Positions 27,445 to 32,000 of a DNA stretch of 32,000 nucleotides are shown piece after piece. The notes beneath the pieces are model-generated. The model did not search any database. It saw nothing but the letters and a program-made list of their open reading frames with translations, and had not been told where the DNA came from. Each line of letters begins with the position of its first letter. Positions within the stretch are counted from its first letter, which is position 1. The position numbers and the translations under genes are program-made. This stretch comes from Candidatus Arthromitus sp. SFB-rat-Yit (GTDB lineage Bacteria > Bacillota > Clostridia > Clostridiales > Clostridiaceae), in contig NC_016012.1 in assembly GCF_000283555.1 (NCBI RefSeq), positions 180,001-212,000 on the forward strand, written 5' to 3'.

Positions 27445-29559
27445 ATGGGAAAGTATAATTTGAAATTGTTTAATAGTGATACGAAAGGTTGTAACAATGA
27501 GGGGAAGATTGAAAATGTTGTATTATTGCACCCTTTAGTTCAGATTAAAGAGAATAATATTTATATTTCATATAAAGAACATGATTTAAAAATGTGTGGA
27601 CTTACACATATAGATAGGATTGAAATATATAAGGGTTCTTATTTTATTTGTAGCAGAGATAATGTTTCAAATTATCACATAAAATTTCCGTATTTTTCTT
27701 CTGATGGTATTTATGAAATAAGGACTATATTTTCAAATAAGGATAACACAATTAAGAAATATTGTATTAGTTCTTTTGAGTTTTTTGGATTTAAAAGAGA
27801 AGCAAAGTGTAGTAATTTAAATATAAATCTAACTCATCAAGGGAAAAATTTAAATATAACTTTTTCTAAAAAAATTGGATATATTGATTTATCAAATATA
27901 ATCCTGCCAGATATAAAATTACTAGATTCAAGTGGTAAAGAAATTGAAAAGCTTGTATCTAAATTACATATAAAGGGAAATGAAATTGAGGTTTTATTTT
28001 TAGATGTATTTAATGATAATAAAACAAATAAGCTCCTTCCGAATGAGGTTTATACTTTTAAAATAAGTAGTATTTTAGGAGAATTGTGTTCCTCCTTTTC
28101 TTTTGAATATGAAAGTTTAGACGTGAAATTATTTAGTGTAGTTGATAAGGTATATGTTGAGGAGTTATCCCATAGAGAAGATGGTTTATCTATTATTAAG
28201 TTGTTTATTAAACTTAACAACTTGATAAATGTGGATAGTTACGAGTATATGATATGTAATGTATGGAACAAATTTTTGTATCTCAAATCATCAGATGGAG
28301 AAAAAAATGATACTTTAGTATTTGAATGTATAATTAAAGAAGATAAGGGATGCTTTGAGTTTAACCTTTTTAATGGAAGTAAGTTAAATAATATAATATT
28401 TGATTATGATTTTTCTTGCGAGGAAAATTATCGCATAGATGAGAGGAAATATGGAGATTTAAATTATATTAAAAAAGATAAAAATAAATATGATTTTATA
28501 TTTAAAAGTGAATGTAAGCATTTAGAAGAAGGAATTAAATATTTTAAATTTCAAAATCTAGAAGGAGAGCCATTAAATATTTATATAGAAGGAATTAAGT
28601 TAAGTGGGGGTGAATTTTTATTTAAAGATATTAATCTTTCAAATAAATTTAGTGAAATTTATGGTTTAGATATAGGGAAATCGAGAATGCAATTATTTGG
28701 TATATCTAATTCTATAGGGATTAAGTTTGTAAATTTTGGTTATGAATGTAGTTTTGATAATACAAAGATAATTCTAAATGCAATTAATGATAATTTCATC
28801 CATGGTAAGGCGTTATTTAAAAATGGGCGGGAAGAGAGATTTGATATACAAGATAGAAATAGTGAGATTAGAGTTTACAACAAATTAGATAATCAGATTA
28901 TATATCTTAAATGTTACGATAAGAATAATAGGGTATATTATTCAACGCTTAGCCTTTATAATGATGAGATGGAAGCGTATATAAATAACTCGATTATCGA
29001 GAGGGTTTATCTAGGTGTATCAAATGAACTATTTATTATAAGTAAAAGTTTATTTAATGATTTTGAGGGTAATTTTGAAGCTATGATCATATCTAAAAAT
29101 GGAGATGTTATAAATTCTATAAAAGTAAATGGTGATGAAAACTTCAAGATGTGTTTTAGAAATATTGATTTGGAGGAAAGTGATTTATACTATCTAAAGG
29201 TAAAAGGAAATGAGAGATTTAAAACTTATTCCATATTTATAAGATCTTTAATATCTAAGGGTAACATTTATATAAGGGATTTAAATAATGAAGAGATAAA
29301 TCTTTTGTCACTTAATTTTAAAAAGGATTTTGTATTAAATATAAGTTTGTTTATTGTGATTTATGGAAAGAGATATATGATTATGGAAGGTGAGTGTAAT
29401 TTTAATACTCATGTATTTAAAGAGAATATTTTTAATAAGTTTATGTTTAATGGTAATGAGTATATATTTTCATATAAAATGGGAGATAAATTACATGATA
29501 TACAATTTACATATATAGGAGATGGTAGAGAGGAATATATTTATGACCTTAATTATTAA
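27445..29559 (+). CDS. Large uncharacterised protein (beta-rich, no evident signal peptide)
   Basis: ORF track start is 27397, but the in-frame ATG at 27445 has a better-placed RBS-like gtggag (27430-27435). The long uninterrupted frame in AT-rich DNA supports coding. Confidence 0.75.
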   Translation: MGKYNLKLFNSDTKGCNNEGKIENVVLLHPLVQIKENNIYISYKEHDLKMCGLTHIDRIEIYKGSYFICSRDNVSNYHIKFPYFSSDGIYEIRTIFSNKDNTIKKYCISSFEFFGFKREAKCSNLNINLTHQGKNLNITFSKKIGYIDLSNIILPDIKLLDSSGKEIEKLVSKLHIKGNEIEVLFLDVFNDNKTNKLLPNEVYTFKISSILGELCSSFSFEYESLDVKLFSVVDKVYVEELSHREDGLSIIKLFIKLNNLINVDSYEYMICNVWNKFLYLKSSDGEKNDTLVFECIIKEDKGCFEFNLFNGSKLNNIIFDYDFSCEENYRIDERKYGDLNYIKKDKNKYDFIFKSECKHLEEGIKYFKFQNLEGEPLNIYIEGIKLSGGEFLFKDINLSNKFSEIYGLDIGKSRMQLFGISNSIGIKFVNFGYECSFDNTKIILNAINDNFIHGKALFKNGREERFDIQDRNSEIRVYNKLDNQIIYLKCYDKNNRVYYSTLSLYNDEMEAYINNSIIERVYLGVSNELFIISKSLFNDFEGNFEAMIISKNGDVINSIKVNGDENFKMCFRNIDLEESDLYYLKVKGNERFKTYSIFIRSLISKGNIYIRDLNNEEINLLSLNFKKDFVLNISLFIVIYGKRYMIMEGECNFNTHVFKENIFNKFMFNGNEYIFSYKMGDKLHDIQFTYIGDGREEYIYDLNY

Positions 29560-29602
29560 AAATAAATAGAGGGGGATGTAATAATCCCTTTATTTATTTT
29601 TT
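29559..29602. terminator. Bidirectional terminator between convergent genes
   Basis: AAAATAAATAgAGGGgGAT ... ATCCCTTTATTTATTTT, T run on the plus side and A run on the other side. Confidence 0.75.
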
Positions 29603-30957
29603 AAAAGAAGCTTTAAAAATTTTAAATTATAGTTTTTGTTATTCGGGTATCTTGATTTTATATCTATCTTGTTTGATTTTATAAGCAAACTTTTATTGTA
29701 AGTAAAAGTATCAAACGAATATTTTCTATGATAATATCCTATTCCGCTATTCTTGATCCCACCAAACGGAAGGTTATTTTCACAGATATGAACGAGTGTA
29801 TCGTTTATGCATCCTCCTCCAAAATGTATGTTTAAAAATCTGTTTATTATAGTTTTATTACTTGTAAATAAATAGAGTGCAAGAGGGGGTGGACTGCATT
29901 TTAGTGAATGTATTAAACCATCTAAAATATCGTAATATTTAATTTGGAGTATCGGACCAAATATTTCATGTGGAATAATTTCTTCTTTATCTATGAGTGT
30001 TGGAGAAATTTTTAGCTTATCTTTTGAGTATTCTCCACCAAATATGATTTCCTCTCTATTATCCTCAATGATTTTAATTAATCTTAAAAAATGAGATTCA
30101 TTTATAATTTTTGAATAATGCTTAAAATTCAGTGGATTTTCAGAGTATAAGTCTTTAATATAAAATATCATTCTATCTATGAACTTATCTTTAATTTTAC
30201 TATTTACGTACAAAATATCTGGAGCTAAACACGTTTGACCTGAATTTAAAAATTTTCCATGAATAATTCTTTTGCACGAGGTATCTATTTCACAATCACT
30301 ATGAACTATACAAGGATTTTTCCCACCGAGTTCGAGTGTTACAGGTATTAAATTCTTAGATGCTTTTTCGTAAACAAGTTTTCCAAAATTTGGATTACCT
30401 GTTGCAAATATGTAATCAAAATCTAAATCTAGAAGTTTGTTTATCTCATATTCATCTTTAGATATAGTGAATACATAGCATTTTTCAAATACTTCTTTGA
30501 TTATTTTTTCTATTAGTTTGTTTGTATTTGGATTTAGAGTATGGAGCTTTAGTATACAAGTATTACCTGAGGCGAGTGCTCCTATAAGAGGCATTAGTGA
30601 AATATATAGAGGGTAGTTCCAACATGAGATAATTAAACAAACTCCGTAAGGTTTTTTGTGTATATAGGCTTTGCTTTTAAAGTTAATTATGGAGGTTCTA
30701 ACTCTTTTTGGTTTTGATAATGAGCGTAGATTTTTAATAAAGTAATTTATTTCATTAATGCAGTGTGAAAATTCTGATACAAATGAATCTTCTTCTGATT
30801 TTCCTAAATCTTTATGGAGAGCTGTATAAATTTCATATTCATTTTTCAATAATTCTTTTTTTAATTTTGTTAGATTTATGATTCTAAAATTTACTGAAAT
30901 AGTTGCATCAGAATTAAAGAATTCCTTTTGTGCGTAGAAAATTTTTTCTATACTCAT
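29590..30957 (-). CDS. Aldehyde dehydrogenase family protein (class 3-like)
   Basis: 455 aa; CLIISCWNYPLYISLMPLIGALASGN, TLELGGKNPCIV, catalytic-Cys region NSGQTCLAPD, EIFGPILQI, LPFGGIKNSGIGYYHRKYSFDTFT; ggagg RBS. Confidence 0.93.
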   Translation of the reverse strand: MSIEKIFYAQKEFFNSDATISVNFRIINLTKLKKELLKNEYEIYTALHKDLGKSEEDSFVSEFSHCINEINYFIKNLRSLSKPKRVRTSIINFKSKAYIHKKPYGVCLIISCWNYPLYISLMPLIGALASGNTCILKLHTLNPNTNKLIEKIIKEVFEKCYVFTISKDEYEINKLLDLDFDYIFATGNPNFGKLVYEKASKNLIPVTLELGGKNPCIVHSDCEIDTSCKRIIHGKFLNSGQTCLAPDILYVNSKIKDKFIDRMIFYIKDLYSENPLNFKHYSKIINESHFLRLIKIIEDNREEIIFGGEYSKDKLKISPTLIDKEEIIPHEIFGPILQIKYYDILDGLIHSLKCSPPPLALYLFTSNKTIINRFLNIHFGGGCINDTLVHICENNLPFGGIKNSGIGYYHRKYSFDTFTYNKSLLIKSNKIDIKSRYPNNKNYNLKFLKLLLKNK

Positions 30958-31095
30958 GATATCCTCCGTTTTCTTAATATACCTTAATTTTAAATTAAGT
31001 GAATAAAAATTAAAAGATTTTATTTATGGAATAATTGGAACTGATTTGGAGGAAACTACATCATGAATTTTAATTGGTGATTAGGTGATATTGTG

Positions 31096-32000
31096 ATGAA
31101 AGTTATGATTAGATTTTTATTGTTTTTTATGATTTTATCTGGAGCTATAGGATGTAAGGTTTATGCGAATGAAGAATTTATAGATGATCCATTGGAGGAA
31201 ATTTTATATAAATTTGATAAGGTAAATGAGAATGGTGAGGTTATTTATGATAAGAAGTCTCCTATAACAGTTGATGGTAAAAAGATAAAGTTAAAGAAGA
31301 TATATGATTCAGATAAGGAGATGTTTAGGGGGACGTGGATAGCTACTATATCTAATATAAATTTTCCAAGTAGAAGAGATATGAATTTTGATGAGCTTAA
31401 AGGTGAGTTTGATTCTATGTTAAATAGAGTTAAAGAACTTAATTTGAATGCAATTTTTTTTCAAGTTAGTCCAGAGCTAGATGCTTTTTATGAATCATCT
31501 TTTAGGCCATGGTCTAAGTATCTTTCAGGAGAACAAGGGAAAGCTCCTTCATATGTAAATGAGGGTAAGGATTTTTTAAAGTATGCTATTTCTGAAACTA
31601 GAAAAAGGGGTATTGAGTTTCATGCGTGGTTTAATCCTTATAGAGTCACAAAAGATCCTATTATAAATAGTACAAAAGAAGATATATTACAAACACTACA
31701 TGAAAATAATTTTGCAAGAATTAACAAAGATTTAGTTTATTTGTTTCAAGGTAAATTGTTCTTAGACCCTGGGAGATATGAAGTTATGGAATTTGTGAAA
31801 AACACTATACATGAATTCATAACTAAATATGATGTTGATGGTATACATTTTGATGATTATTTTTACCCTTATGGTTCTCAAACTATAAATGGTGTTAGCT
31901 ATAAATTTGGAGATATGAATGAAGATTTAAAAACATTTGAGGAAAATAATAGAAGTATAACTGATATAAAAGATTGGAGAAGAGATAACGTAAGCATTTT
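31096..32000 (+). CDS. Secreted GHL10/family-10-like glycosylhydrolase (DUF187), truncated by window end
   Basis: Translated by eye: signal-like MKVMIRFLLFFMILSGAIGCKVYA, then FRGTWIATISNINFPSRRDMNFDELKGEFDSMLNRVKELNLNAIFFQVSPELDAFYESSFRPWSKYLSG, GIEFHAWFNPYRV, LDPGRYEV, VDGIHFDDYFYPY. No stop before 32000. Confidence 0.85.
   Translation, partial: MKVMIRFLLFFMILSGAIGCKVYANEEFIDDPLEEILYKFDKVNENGEVIYDKKSPITVDGKKIKLKKIYDSDKEMFRGTWIATISNINFPSRRDMNFDELKGEFDSMLNRVKELNLNAIFFQVSPELDAFYESSFRPWSKYLSGEQGKAPSYVNEGKDFLKYAISETRKRGIEFHAWFNPYRVTKDPIINSTKEDILQTLHENNFARINKDLVYLFQGKLFLDPGRYEVMEFVKNTIHEFITKYDVDGIHFDDYFYPYGSQTINGVSYKFGDMNEDLKTFEENNRSITDIKDWRRDNVSI

Noticed and set aside
26053-29559. Two-gene defence system formed by the AAA ATPase and the 720-aa protein
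   Set aside because: A strong terminator (27320-27351) separates them, no nuclease or toxin domain is recognisable, and nothing else indicates a defence island. Kept only as individual low-certainty findings.
1-32000. tRNA, rRNA, CRISPR array, complete IS/transposon or prophage
   Set aside because: No cloverleaf-like conserved tRNA sequence, rRNA core, regularly spaced identical repeats, transposase or integrase motifs were recognised by eye. Infernal/tRNAscan would be needed to exclude small RNAs.

Overview
The window is mostly AT-rich Firmicutes/Clostridia-type chromosome. Gene content and very low GC suggest a segmented-filamentous-bacterium-like (Candidatus Arthromitus/Savagella) genome, but this is inference only. 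The first ~0.9 kb has visibly higher GC and encodes the 3' end of a probable TcmP-type gene followed by a DUF5131 (phage Gp37/Gp68-like, three-Cys motif) protein. After this come: a 1938-aa secreted multi-domain surface protein with a C-terminal DUF4214-like region; a YjeM-like amino-acid permease; a decayed RibD/DHFR-family gene; a GNAT acetyltransferase; a DUF4097-like protein; the mannitol operon mtlA-mtlR-mtlD; a cell-wall amidase plus a MATE transporter; an ArsR-family regulator with a candidate operator; a Cys/Asn-rich possible spore-coat-like protein; nadE; ung; an alanine racemase; a DapF-family protein lacking both catalytic cysteines; an SDR oxidoreductase; a TraX-like protein; an orphan AAA ATPase; a 720-aa orphan protein; an aldehyde dehydrogenase; and the 5' part of a GHL10-like glycoside hydrolase. 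I saw no CRISPR array, tRNA, rRNA, complete transposon or convincing multi-gene defence cassette. The strongest second looks are the DapF-like protein without catalytic cysteines, the composition break at ~0.9 kb, the giant repeat surface protein, the Cys-rich coat-like protein, a perfect 31-nt palindrome upstream of the TraX-like gene, and the orphan ATPase with its unusual neighbour.
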